The translations under genes were made by a program, and so were the position numbers. Of a stretch of DNA of 64,000 bases, positions 18,378 to 29,558 are shown in pieces. The notes below the pieces were generated by a model. It had not been told where the DNA came from and searched no databases. It saw nothing but the letters and a program-made list of their open reading frames with translations. The DNA comes from Scenedesmus sp. PABB004 (taxonomy: Eukaryota): assembly GCA_014905635.1 (NCBI GenBank), contig JABVCE010000024.1:310001-374000 (forward strand). The letters run 5' to 3'. The number at the start of each line of letters is the position of its first letter. Position 1 is the stretch's first letter.

Positions 18378-21300
18378 CTACGGGGCTTCTGCCAACATGC
18401 TGTACGCGGCCAGCTCCTCATCGTCGCTGTCCATCTCGCTGCCGGCGTCGTCGTCCTCCGCCGCCGCCGCGCTGGAGATGGCCGCGTCCACGCTCAGCAC
18501 CGCCTGCGCGTCGTCCACCACGCTCAGCGTCTGCGCGCGGCGCGGCGCGGAGCGGAGTGAGTCGCGGCGAGGGCGAGTCGCGGTGCCCATCCGCGGTGCG
18601 GGGGGGCCCGCACACCCAGCAGCCGCGCGCGAGCGCCCAGCGCGCCCAGCCGTCGTCGGCCCGCGCGCCCATGGGCGCTGGCCAGCGCGCCCGGCGCCAG
18701 CCAACGCGCCCCGCCCCTCAGCGCCGCGGTCTCTCTCGCCTTGACGCCCGCGTCGACGTCGTCCTGGCGGACCACAAAGTCCTTGAACGTGAGCTCAAGG
18801 AAGCGAACCAGGGCGTAGACGTCCTCAAACGTGCTCAGCGCGCCCAGCGAGGCGCGCACGCTGCCCAGCGGCAGCGGCACGGGCACGAGCTGCCGCGCCG
18901 CGCCGGCGCCGCCCGCGCCGCCGGGGCCGGGGCTGAGCGGGCGCGCCGCGCGGATGCCGCCCGCGGCGTCGCCGCCGGGCTCGCCCAGCGCGGGCGCCGC
19001 CTTGGCAGCGGCGTGCCCGTGCTCCGGCCACGGGCGCGCGGGGCCCGCGGCGGCGCCGCTGCTCGCGACGAGGCTGAGGCTCCCCGCGCCGCTCGACCGC
19101 GGCGCCGGCTTGACCGGGCTGGCCTCGGCGCTCGCGCCGCCGCCGAGGCCGCCGCCCGCGACGCTCGACATGCGCGGCCGCATGACGACGAGTACGGGGC
19201 CCTTGTGCCCGCGCGCGGCGCGCTCGCGCTCCTGCGACGCGCGCGGCGAGCAGCGGGGCGGTGCGCGGCGCGGTGAGCAGGGCGGCGCGGTCGCAGGGCC
19301 CGGCAAGCGCCGCAGCGCCCGGGCGGCCCGGCGCGCACACCCACCTCCTCAGGCGTGATGCCGAGGTTGGCCAGGCAGCGCCCGGGGTTGCAGTTGCAGC
19401 CCGCGCGGATGTGGAGGCCCGCCGCGGTCGCGGCGGCCTCCACGACGCTGCCGGGCAGGCGGTCGCCGTCCGCGGTCATGACCTGCGGCGCGGCGCGGCG
19501 CGGCGGAGAAGTCGGCGCGTGGCGCTCCAGCTCTGTGCGGGCGTCGGGCGGCGGCTGCGGGGGTCGCGGGGCTCGCAGCGCCCACGAGCCGTGTGCCCCG
19601 CGCCCTGAGCCCTGAGCCCTGAGCCCTGAGCCCTGAGCCCTGAGCCCTGAACCCTGCCGCACCACCCAGTGCCCCACCTGGAACTGAAAGATGCCACACT
19701 GCTGCCCCGGGCCCTCCGCGTGGCGCCCAAACAGGCGCAGCAGCGGGCGGCCGTTGCTGTGCGACAGGCGCGTCAGCTGCACGTGCGTCCACGCGCGCAG
19801 CGTCTCGACGTGCGCCGCGACGGCCTGCGGCGTGGTGACACAGTGCGGGTGCGCGGGTGCGCGCCGTGCCGCGCCGCGCCGCGCTGCGCCGCGCCGCGCC
19901 GCGGCGCGGGCGCCCCAGCTGCCGCCCTGGCTGCGGCGTCGGCGCGCACCCGCATGCCGCCGAGCGTGTCCAGCAGCGCAAAGCCGTGTTTGAGCGCAGC
20001 GATGCTCAGGTAGCCGAGCGTGCCGTCCTCCAGCCCTGTGCGCAGACGAGCGAGCACGCGCGGGTGTGAGCGCGCAGCCGTGGCGCGCGCCGCGCGGGGC
20101 GGCGCGCCGCGCGGCCGATTGCCGGCGCTGCGCGGCGGCGGCGGCGCACGCACCCGCGGGCGGCGCGGAGAGGATGTGCCACACGTCCTCCGCGGTCGCG
20201 TAATCCACGCTGCCGCCGCCAAAGTAGGTCTTGTTGAGCACGCGCGCCGCGGCCTTGCGCACGAGCAGTGCGCCGAGCCCCGTCGGGTATCTGCGGCAGC
20301 GGCGCGGCGGCGCGGCGGCAGGGCGGGCGGGGGTGGGCGCGCGCGGGACCGCCCATGATGAGTCTCTCGCCCGCTTGGGCCGTTTGCTTCACAGCAAGCA
20401 ACACAAGCAAACCAAGCAAAACAAAAGGCAAACACTAAGCGGACCCAGGCGCACCCAAAGAGCTTGTAGAAGGAGACGGGCACAAAGTCGGGGTTGATCG
20501 CGCGCAGGTCGAGCGCGTGCGTCGCCGCGAACGCGGCGGCGTCGAGGACGGTCAGGAAGGTGTGCCGCTCGTCGCTCTTGGCCGCCGCGGCGCTGAGCCA
20601 GGCCAGCGGGTAGAGCTGGCCCTCGTAGTTGTCCTGCGAGCGTGTGTGTGTGCGTGTGTGCGCGCGCGTGAGGCAAGGCGGCGCGCCGGCGCACGGCGGC
20701 GCACGGCGCACGGCGGCTGCGGCGGCTGCGGCGGCGCAGCGGCGTGCGGCGCGCGGCGGCTGGCCGGCCGCCGGCGGTGTGCGGGTCGAGATGAGCCGCG
20801 CGAGCGCCGGCGCTGCGGTGCCTGCGCTGCTGCTGCTGCGGTCACCTTGGCTGGGAAGGCCACCAGGTGGAAGGTCGGCCCGCCGGCGTCGGAGCCGGTG
20901 CCGCCGCCGCCGGCAGAGCCCCCGGCGCCGCCGGCGGAGCCCCCGGCGCCGCTGCCGCTGCTGCTGCGCGCCGCCGCGAGCCGGCAGGCGCCGCAGCTGC
21001 TCACGCCGCCGTCGAGCGACACGATCAGCCCGCTGCTGCTGCGCGCGCTGCCGCCGCCGCTGCGCGCGACCTCCATCGCGGCGCACTCGATCGGCGCCGG
21101 CGCCGCGCGCGCGCGCGCGCCGCCCGGCACCGTGCACGCTAGCGCGGGCGGCCAGCGGCCGAAGCTGAAGCTCGTGCGCCCGCCCGCGCGCGGCGGGCCG
21201 GCCGCGGGCGGCGCCGGCCCGGGCGCGGCGAGCCACGCCGCCATCGCCTCGCGGCTGAGGCAGTGCAGCGCCGCGCCGGCGGCCTTGGCGTACCTGTGAC

Positions 21301-22501
21301 GGGGGGGGGGGGGGAGCGGCGGCGCAGGATGAGCCTGCACTGCCTCAGCCAACCACAACGCCTGTGCCGAGCCGGCAGGCGCCGCAGCTGCTCACGCGCC
21401 GATGCCGAGGACGCTCTTGTGGTTGGCCTGCGTGTACACAAACGTGCTGCGCCCGCCGCCGCCCTGTGGTCCTCCGCTGCCCGAAGTGAAGGGGAAGAAC
21501 TCGCCGACCATCTTGAGGCCCTCCGTGGCGCCCCTGCGCGCACGTGTCAGCGAGTGCGCGCGCGCGTGCGTGCGTGCGCGCGCGTGTGGGCGGCGCGTGC
21601 CGCGCCCGGCACCGAGTGCTGCTGCGGCTTAAGTCAACTCAGCCCTGAACTACAAAAAAAATGGCCAGGCTATCAAATATTAACGAAACTCACTTGGTCC
21701 AGATCACGTAGTACTCGTCCGGGTCGGCGTTGAAGTGGCGCAGCACCTGCAGGGCGTGGCCGGCGCCGGCCCGGCGCGGTGGTCGGCCGGCTGCCGGCGG
21801 GCGGGGGCGCGCGCGCAGCGGCGCGCGCTGGCGGGGGCGCACCAGCGCGCGCGCGGCGTCGACCTCGGCCGTCGCCCGGGCGCTGCTGGGGTTGCGGCTG
21901 CGCGCGTGCGCGGGCGGGCGGGGTCGGCGGCGGCGTGGGCGTGGCGCGGCGGGGGAGGCGGGCGTCGCGCACACCATCGCCCGCCCGCGCGCCGGGGCGC
22001 CGCGCGCGCCTGTGCGGGTTGCCGTAGGCGTTGGACCGCAGCTCCCGCGCCACGGCGTCGATCATGGAGGTGGTGTACTGCGCCGCGCCGGTGTAGTCGA
22101 GGTAGTGCTGCCCCGCGCCGAGGCGCGCGCCGACCTCTGCCTCGAAGTTGGCGTCGAGCCAGCCGCCGTAGCCGTAGCGGCCGCCGTGCTCGGCCAGGAA
22201 GGCCGCCCGCGCGTCGGCCAGGGCGCCGCAGGCGGGCAGGAACTGGCCCGGCTCTGCGAGGGGGCGGCGGCCGCGTCGGCGGCGGCGCCCGCGGGCGGCA
22301 GCGGCGCGGCGGCAGCGGTACGCGCCGCCGCCGGCCCCGCACGCCCTGCGCGCGCGGCGCATGGCTGGCGGGGCCTCACGCCGCCTGGAGCGCACCTGCG
22401 GACGGCGTGCCTGGCCGGGGCGGGGGGGCGTCGCGGCCGGCGTGGCTGCCAAGGGCGCCGAGGCCGCTCGGCGGGCCGCAGGCGACCGCGCCGCACGCCA
22501 T
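18378..22501 (-). CDS. Molybdenum cofactor sulfurase-like PLP-dependent cysteine desulfurase (aminotransferase class V domain only)
   Basis: YLDYTGAAQY, YGNPH|S, GATEGLKMVGEFFPF, NHKSVLGI, LDAAAF, PDFVPVSFYKLFG|YPTGLGAL, FGGGSV, LEDGTLGYLSIAAL, IRAGCNCNPG, GSVRASLGALSTFEDV. About 12 exons. Confidence 0.88.
19603..19656. repeat. Telomere-like heptamer array (CCCTGAG)6-CCCTGAA-CCCTG in an intron
   Basis: Directly visible; a variant of the plant/algal-type CCCTAAA repeat. Confidence 0.9.
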
Positions 22502-23019
22502 GGCGCTCTCGACGCTGAAAGATAGCTGCTGACGGAGCGCCGGTCAGCAATTCGCCGGCGCGCGTTGGGGGTTGCCCGCCGCGCGGGAGCGGCCCGCGCC
22601 GCGCGCCTAGTGCCTCAGCCTGCTCGCAAGGCCGCAAACGAGCGGCACAACGACGTGACGCACACACGTTGAGGGGTCGCGGCGTCGCGGGGCCGTTCGC
22701 AGCCTGGCACGCGGCCTGGTTTGGAACGAGGCCTCGAACCAGTAACCCGCGCGGGGGCGGCGCGTGCTCCACAGCGCCAGACACGCGACGCTTTAGACGC
22801 GTGCGGCCACGCAGGCGGTCACGCTCGCCGGCGGCGGCGCGCGCGCTCGGCCTCACTCTCGCCGCCGCCGCCGCTGGCTTCGCAGCTGGCCGCGCCCTCG
22901 CCGCCGCCGCCCGCTGGCTGGCTCGGCAGCTCGGATCGGCTGCCCGGGAGCGACCCTACACGCGCCCGTGGCCGCGCACGCGCGGCGGCGGCGAGCGGTA
23001 CGTTGCCAGGCCGCGCCGC

Positions 23020-24954
23020 TCAGCTGCGCGCGTGGAGCTGCTGCCAGCTGATGTCGATCGCCGCCAGCAGCCGCGCCGCCGCGGCGTCGGGCTCCGTCCC
23101 CGCGGCCGCGCACATCTCGCGCAGCGCCTGCTCCGCGTCCAGCGGGTGCGCGCCGCCGTAGTGGCACGCGCTGCGGCGGCGGCCGGGCCGCGCGGCGGCC
23201 GGGCGGCGGCGTCAGGTGCGTGCGCGCCTCCGTGCCGGCGCGCCGTGCGCTGGCAGTGCAGCCCCCCCCCCCCCGGCCTGCCCGCGCGGCGCGGGCCTCC
23301 TCACAGCAGGTACGAGGCGATCACGCGCCGGCTCGGCCGCACGCCGCCCGCCTGCATGCCGCCCCAGAGCGCCTGCACCGCCGCGAGGTCGGCCGCCTCG
23401 GCCGCCTGCGGGGCGGGGCGCGGGGCACGTCCGCGGCGCGCGGCGGGCGGGCTGCGGCGGCCGCGCGGGGCGGCCCAGCCGGGCGCCGCCGGCGCTGCCC
23501 CCGCCGCCGCTGCGCGCACCTCTGCGAGCTGCGCCTCGAACCACGGCAGCGACCCGGGCGCGCCGCCGTCGCGCGCGGCGCCCGCAGCCGCGCCGCGCGC
23601 GCGGCCCCGGCCCCAACCCCCCGCGCTGTCGCCCCGCTGCTGCCCGCTGCACGCGCCGCGGCCAGCCCCCTCGTCGTCCAACTCGCGCCAGGGCAGCCGC
23701 TGCAGCAGCGAGCCCTCGCCGTCATCCCAGCCGTCGTCGTCCCCGTCAACGCTGCAGCCCTGCCCCAGCCCCAGCGCGCTGCGCAGCTCAAAGCTGGCGC
23801 ACGCGCCGCCGCCGGCCGCCGCGTCCAGGAGCAGGTCGAAGCTGCTCGTGGGCGCCGCGCTCGTGGCCGCCAGGCGGCTGGCGGCGACGCCGCCGGCCGC
23901 GTGCCTGCGCGCGGGCATTGGCAGCGGCGCCCGCTCGCACAGCCTGCTGCGCTGGCCGGCGTGCGGCGCCGGCCGCAGCGCGCCGCCGCGGGCTCACCTG
24001 CCACGCTCCTCGCCCGCCCAGCTGCTGCGCCGCGCCGCCACCAGGCCCCGCCGCCGGCCCAGCGCCGCGCCGGCGGCCTGCGCGTGCCCCGCCGCCGCGT
24101 GCGCGGGTCCCGGCGCCTGCCCCAGCGTGCTGCGTGTGGCCGGCTCGCCCTGGTCTGGCTGCTGCTGCTGCGCTGCGTCAAACCGCCCGAGCAGCACGTT
24201 GCTGGGGGCGCTGCTGCCGCCCTCAGCAACGCAGCTGCCGTGGCCTGCGGGCAGCAGGCAGGGGCAGGGGGGGGGGGCGTCAGCGGCGCCGGCGCAGCCT
24301 AGGCTATCGGGCGCGCGGGACGGCGCCGCCGCCGCACCCGCCGTCGCCGCTGCCTCGGCCTGTGGCGGCGCGCTGCCAAACCACATCGGCGAGCCCGGCT
24401 CGCCGGCCGCCGCGGCGGCGGCCGCAAACTTTGACAGCAGGCCAGGGCTGGCGGGCGCCTGCTGGTCGCTTCCGCCGGCGGCGCCGCGCGGCGCGTGCGG
24501 CGAGCCGCGCGGGCTCGCGCCGCCGCCGCGCGCCGCGCGGCCGCCCAGGCTGTACTCGGCCACCTCCAGGTGGCTGGCGTCGCCGCCAAAGGCGTCGCGC
24601 AGCGCGGCTGCGGCGCGCGGCGCGCGGCGGTTGGCGCGCGACCGCCGCGCCCGCTGGCGGCGCGCGCGCGCACTCGCGCTCACCCGGGGAGCCAGCGCAG
24701 CCGCCCGGCTGCTCCTGGGCGTCCAGGCAAGCGGCATCCGCGGCCGAGCGGGTCTTCTTTTTCTGCCGGGCCGCTGTCCAGGGGCTGTGCTTGCGCGCGG
24801 CGCAGCCCTCCGAGCCGTGCGGGCCGGGCGTCGGCGCGCCCGGCGAGGGCGTGCGGTTGGTGAGCTCTCCCAGCGGTGGCGCCGTTGCAGCGTGATGATG
24901 CACGGCGGGCGGCGGCGCGTGCTGCTGCATGGCGGGCGGCGCGTGCTGCTGCAT
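23020..24954 (-). CDS. Hypothetical, mostly low-complexity protein with a C-terminal PPR-like helical motif
   Basis: Spliceable from MQQHAPPA to ...AIDISWQQLHARS*. 'VQALWGGMQAGGVRPSRRVIASYLL|AC' resembles the PPR consensus. Confidence 0.5.
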
Positions 24955-25609
24955 TCAGCGCGCCGGCCCTGCCGCCGCGGCCGGCGCTGCTCTGCGGCCG
25001 CGCGTGGTCAGCCCAAAGCTAGAGACGCATTTGAGCGGTGCCAGGGGCGGCCGTGGGCGGAGGCGGAGGCGGTGCAGAGGCCGCGGCGTTCGAGTGCAGC
25101 GCGGACAGCTGTGGCGGCGTCGCTGCGAGCTCGCAGGCGAGGGCGACGCCTGCGCGCGGCGAGGGCAGCGCCTGCTCGCAGGACGGGCCCGGGGGGCAGC
25201 GGCGCGCCGCCGCGGGGCTTGGGCGCCGCAGGGCTCAAACCGCCCGGGCGCTGCGCACGGTCGTCGTGGCAAAGGCGGAAGAGGGTTGCCCCTGGTGACC
25301 CCTGGTCAGCCCCCCAACCCCGCGCCGCTGTGAGAGAGAAGCTCCCGCGTCAAAACCGACAGCCGCGCACGGCGCGACGCGCCGCAGCGCGCGCGCGCCC
25401 GGTGCCTGCGTGCGTGCGTCACCCACCGCCGCTGCCGCCGCAAACACAGAGAGAGACCCCGCCGCCGCCCGCTCAGTGCACGCACGCACGCTCTCACGAT
25501 GCGCTCCACGCCCCTCCAGCCTGCCCTGTGCCCCCCCCCCCCCCGCCCGCACCCCTCAGCGCCGCGCCGCGCCGCGCCGCGCCGCGGCCCGCGCCTCGCG
25601 GCCCGCGCC

Positions 25610-28440
25610 TCACAGGCGCTCGTGCGCGGTGCGCGCGACCTCGAAGAAGTGCGCCACGCTCTCCTCGGGCGTGCCCGGCAGCACGCCGTGCCCGAGGTTC
25701 ATGATGTGCCGCACGCCCTGCCCGCGCGCGCGGCGGATCGTGTCCATCACCCGCGCCTCGATCACGTCCCGGCTGCCAAACAGCACCCCGGGGTCCATGT
25801 TGCCCTGCGAGCGACAGCATCGCGCGCGCGCGGGCGCAGGCAGGGCGTCAGCACGGCGGCGCGCACCACGCCGCCGCACGCGCCGCGCCGCGCCGCGCCG
25901 GCGACCCAGCCCGCCGCCGCCGACCCGGTGACCCAGCCCCAGCGCGCCTGGATGGCGAAGCCGCTGCCGAGGCGCTTGATGCCGTCCACGATGTCGACGC
26001 TCTGGTCGATCGACACGATGTCCGGCCCCGCCGCGGCCATGCGCTCGAGCAGGCCGCCGCTGCCGCTGATGTAGAGAATGATGGGCAGGTCGGGGTGGGT
26101 CGCCTTGACGCTGTCGATGACCTTCTTGATGTACGGCCTGACGCGGCAGCGGCGGCGGCAGCGGCGGCGGCGACAGCGGGGGCGAGCGTTGGCTTTTTGA
26201 TGGTGTGTGGTTTGGTTGCGGCGCTGGGTGCTGGATGCTTGGGTTTGAAAGGCCACTCGGCGCGGGCGCTCGGCGAAGGTGAGCCAGCGGCCCCCAGGCC
26301 CAGCTCGCCGCCCCGAAACCCCGCGGTGGCGGCGGCGGCGGCGCGCGGCGCGGCGCGGCGCGGCACTCGCCCGCTGAAGACGTCAAAGTCCTGCGGGCTC
26401 AGGTGGCTCGCCCAGGAGTCAAAGATCTGCACCACCTGCGCGCCCGCGTCGGCCTGGCGCGCGGCGGCGGCGCGGCGGGCGGCGGGGGACGGGCGGCGCG
26501 CGGCGGGGCGGGCGGGCGGGTGAGCCCCCCGGCAGCCGGCGCAGCGCGCCGCAGCGCGGCAGGGCCCGCGCCGCTGCAGCCCAGGGACCGGGCCCGCGCG
26601 CACGGCGCGCGGGGCCCGCGCACGCCTGCATCCCAGCGGCCCCGGCGGCCGCGCCCGCCGCCGCGGCAGGCAGCCCGGCAGCGAAGCTCTCGCCCCACGC
26701 ACCTGGTAGCGCACGTAGTCGGCGACGTTGTCGGCGAGCTTGTCGAGCAGCGCGTGCAGCACGTCGGGCGAGCCAAAGGCCATGCGCTTGATGTGCGCAA
26801 AGCTCTTGCTGCTGCCGCCCTCCACGATGTAGGTCGCGAGCGTGAACGGCGCGCCGACGAAGCCTGGCCGGCAGCAGGGTTTAGGCAGGGCGTGCGGCGT
26901 GCGGCAGGGCTTAGGCACCGTCGCCGCGGGGGGAGCGACAAGGTTGGCAAAAAGGGGCGCGCCGCGCCGCACATGCTGCCGCGTGCTGCCGCAGCGCCGC
27001 GGCGGCTGCGTGCGCGCGCGGCGCGTCGCGGCCGCGCACCGAGCACGGCGGCCTGGTTGCCAACCTCCTTGCGGAGGATGCGGAGCGACTCGCCGACAAA
27101 GGGGCACGCGCCCTCGGCGTCGAGCTTGGTCACCTGCTTCACTTGCTGCGCGCATGGACGTGCGGCGGCGGCAGGGCCGCGTGAGCGCGGCGCGCTGCTG
27201 GCCGGGCGAGAGCCGGCCGACCGGCCTGCCGGCGCCGCCCGCCGTCCTCTGGCGACGGGCGCGGCGGCCGCGCGGCAGGGCGGCTGTGGCGGCGGCGCAC
27301 CTCCATGGTGCGGATGGGGTCGGCGATGACGGGGCCCTTGCCGGCGGTAATGTCAAACGGAATGTTCATGCCGGTCAGGGGCGTGAGGATGTCGCTGCGA
27401 TGCAGGGCGCGCGGCGCGGGGCGCGGCGGCGGCGGGGCGGTCTGTGTGTGGCCGCGGCGGCGGGGGGCGGAGGGGGCCGCGAGGCGCGCGGGCGCGGGGC
27501 TGCCGCGCTGCCGAGCTGCGCGGGCGCGTCTCGTCAGTCACCTGAAGAGGATCACGCCGTCCGGCTTGAACGCGAGCCAGGGCTGCAGGCTGATCTCGAC
27601 CTGCGCCGCCGCGGGCGGGCAGGGTCGGCAGGCGGGCGGGCGAGGTCGGCGGCGCGGGCGGGGTCGGCGCCGCGCGGGGCGCCGCTGCGCGGGGCGCGCG
27701 CCCCTCGTGCCCCTCGCGCCCCCGCACCGCGAGGTCCACGTTCTCGGAGCGCTCCCTGAAGGTGGTGTGCTTCTTGCACAGGTCCTGGTACACCTGCGGG
27801 GGCCGGGCCCGGCGGGGCGCGGCGGTTGGGCGGCGCACGGCGCGGCGCAGCAAAGGCCAGGGGTGGGCCAGCGCCGGCCGCCGCGGTGCCGCGCAGCGGC
27901 GGCAGCACGCGCCTTCATGTAGCGCCCCGCCTGGCGCATCATCCACACCGGCGGCCGCTCCACCGCGTCGCCGCGCAGCGCGCGCAGCATGAGGGGGACG
28001 TCGGTCGCGGCGGGCGCGGTCACGGGCTCCGCGGCGGCCGCGCGCGCGGCGACGGCGGGCCGCACGGGCGCGCCAGTGCCGGCGCCGGCGCGGCGCGCGC
28101 CCTGCGGCGGCGGCGGTGACGCAGGGCCGGTGAGGCAGCCGCGGGGCCCAGCAGCCCGCCGGCCGGGGGCGGCCGGACGCGGCGCGCGCGGGCGCCCGGA
28201 CGCGTGCTGCCGCCGCCGCCGGGCGGCGCGCCAGCGCGGCTGCCTGCATGGCGCGTCGTCAGATGTGCACCGCGCTGCGCCGTCTCGGCGGCCCGCCGGG
28301 CGCCCAGCTTGGTGCGCGCGCGAGGCCGGCAGCAGCAGGAATCGCGCCGGCGTCTGCCAGCGGAATTGGGCACGCCCGCGGCCCCGCGGCCTCACCGAGA
28401 GGCGCGCATTGGCGCCGATCTTCGCCTGAGCGAGCGCCAT
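25610..28440 (-). CDS. UROD: Uroporphyrinogen decarboxylase, plastid-targeted
   Basis: Transit peptide [110 protein letters not shown]. Confidence 0.96.
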
Positions 28441-29558
28441 GGCGGCTTGGAGAGCGGGGCTGGGCGGGAGGGCGCGGCGCAGTCGACAAGATCCCGGCTC
28501 CCAGCGGCGAGGTGCGGGCAGAGAGGTGCGTTCGGCGGATGGGAGGGCAAGCTGAAGCCGCGGCGGGTGTCGCGGCCGCCGACCTGTTTTCTTGTTACTC
28601 TCACACCAGCTCGCAGGAGCCGCCCAGCAGCCGCCCGTCGCGCCCTGCAGTTCCCACGAGCAGCCACGGCTGCGCGGCGGCAGCGTGGCGAAGCGTCGGC
28701 GCGCCGCCGACGAGCCGCCGCGGGCGCGTGCGCGAGACACTCGGGCCCGCACGCAGGCGCGCGCAGCCAGCCAGCGCAGCGGCTGCAAGCTCCCCACAAC
28801 ATGCCCGGGCGGTCGGCGCCCGCTCGTGCTCGCTGCTCCGCCCCTCGCAAAAAGAGAGACCATCCGATCGCCCGGCGGTCAGCCGCCGGTCAAGGCCAGG
28901 CCCGCTTGTCAGTCGGTGGCGGTCGCCCGCGGCATCATCAAAAGGGGGCGCGCGCGTGCGCTCCCGTGCGCACAATTGCAGCTGCAGTGTTGCTGGTGTA
29001 CACACGAGCCCGCGCGAGGCGAGGCGGCGCGTGGGGGGTCCCCCGCTACAACACACGCCCGTCGGCACAAAACAACACACACACGACCGAGAGCTGCTGT
29101 TGGCACACAGCGCCGCATGCGTCGTCGCGGCGCGGCGTCCCGCGGCGGCACCGCGCGCGCGCCTGGCCGGGCCTGCACCCAGGCGCGGGCGCCCGCGCGC
29201 CGCGGGCCGCCGCGCCGCGCAGCGGCGCGCGTCTGCACAGAAAACTGGCGCGCCGCCGCTCAGCGAGATGCGCAGCAAACCCGGCCCCAACGCCCCGGGC
29301 GAGCCCCCGAGTGCAGTGCGTCCCCCAAACCTAGGCCAACCCCCGGCGGCGCGCACGAGACGCAGGGGCGTCCGGCGCCGCCGCGCGGCGCGCCCGCCCG
29401 CTCAGGGGGCGCCGCCGCGCCGCGGCGTCCGCCCCGCGCCCGCGCCGCCGCCGTGTTCGCGCCCGCCGCCGCGCGCGCGCTCACGCCGCGCCCACACCAC
29501 CGCGCGCGCGCTCACGTCGCGCCCGCGTCGCGCCCGCGCCGCGCCCGCGCCGCCGCGC

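Noticed and set aside
22669..25704. Very long Arg/Ala/Pro-rich six-frame ORFs (e.g. 1011 aa here; also 9148-11715, 5843-8212, 28248-30620)
   Set aside because: Stop codons are rare at this GC content. These ORFs are antisense or off-frame to recognisable spliced genes and have no motifs.
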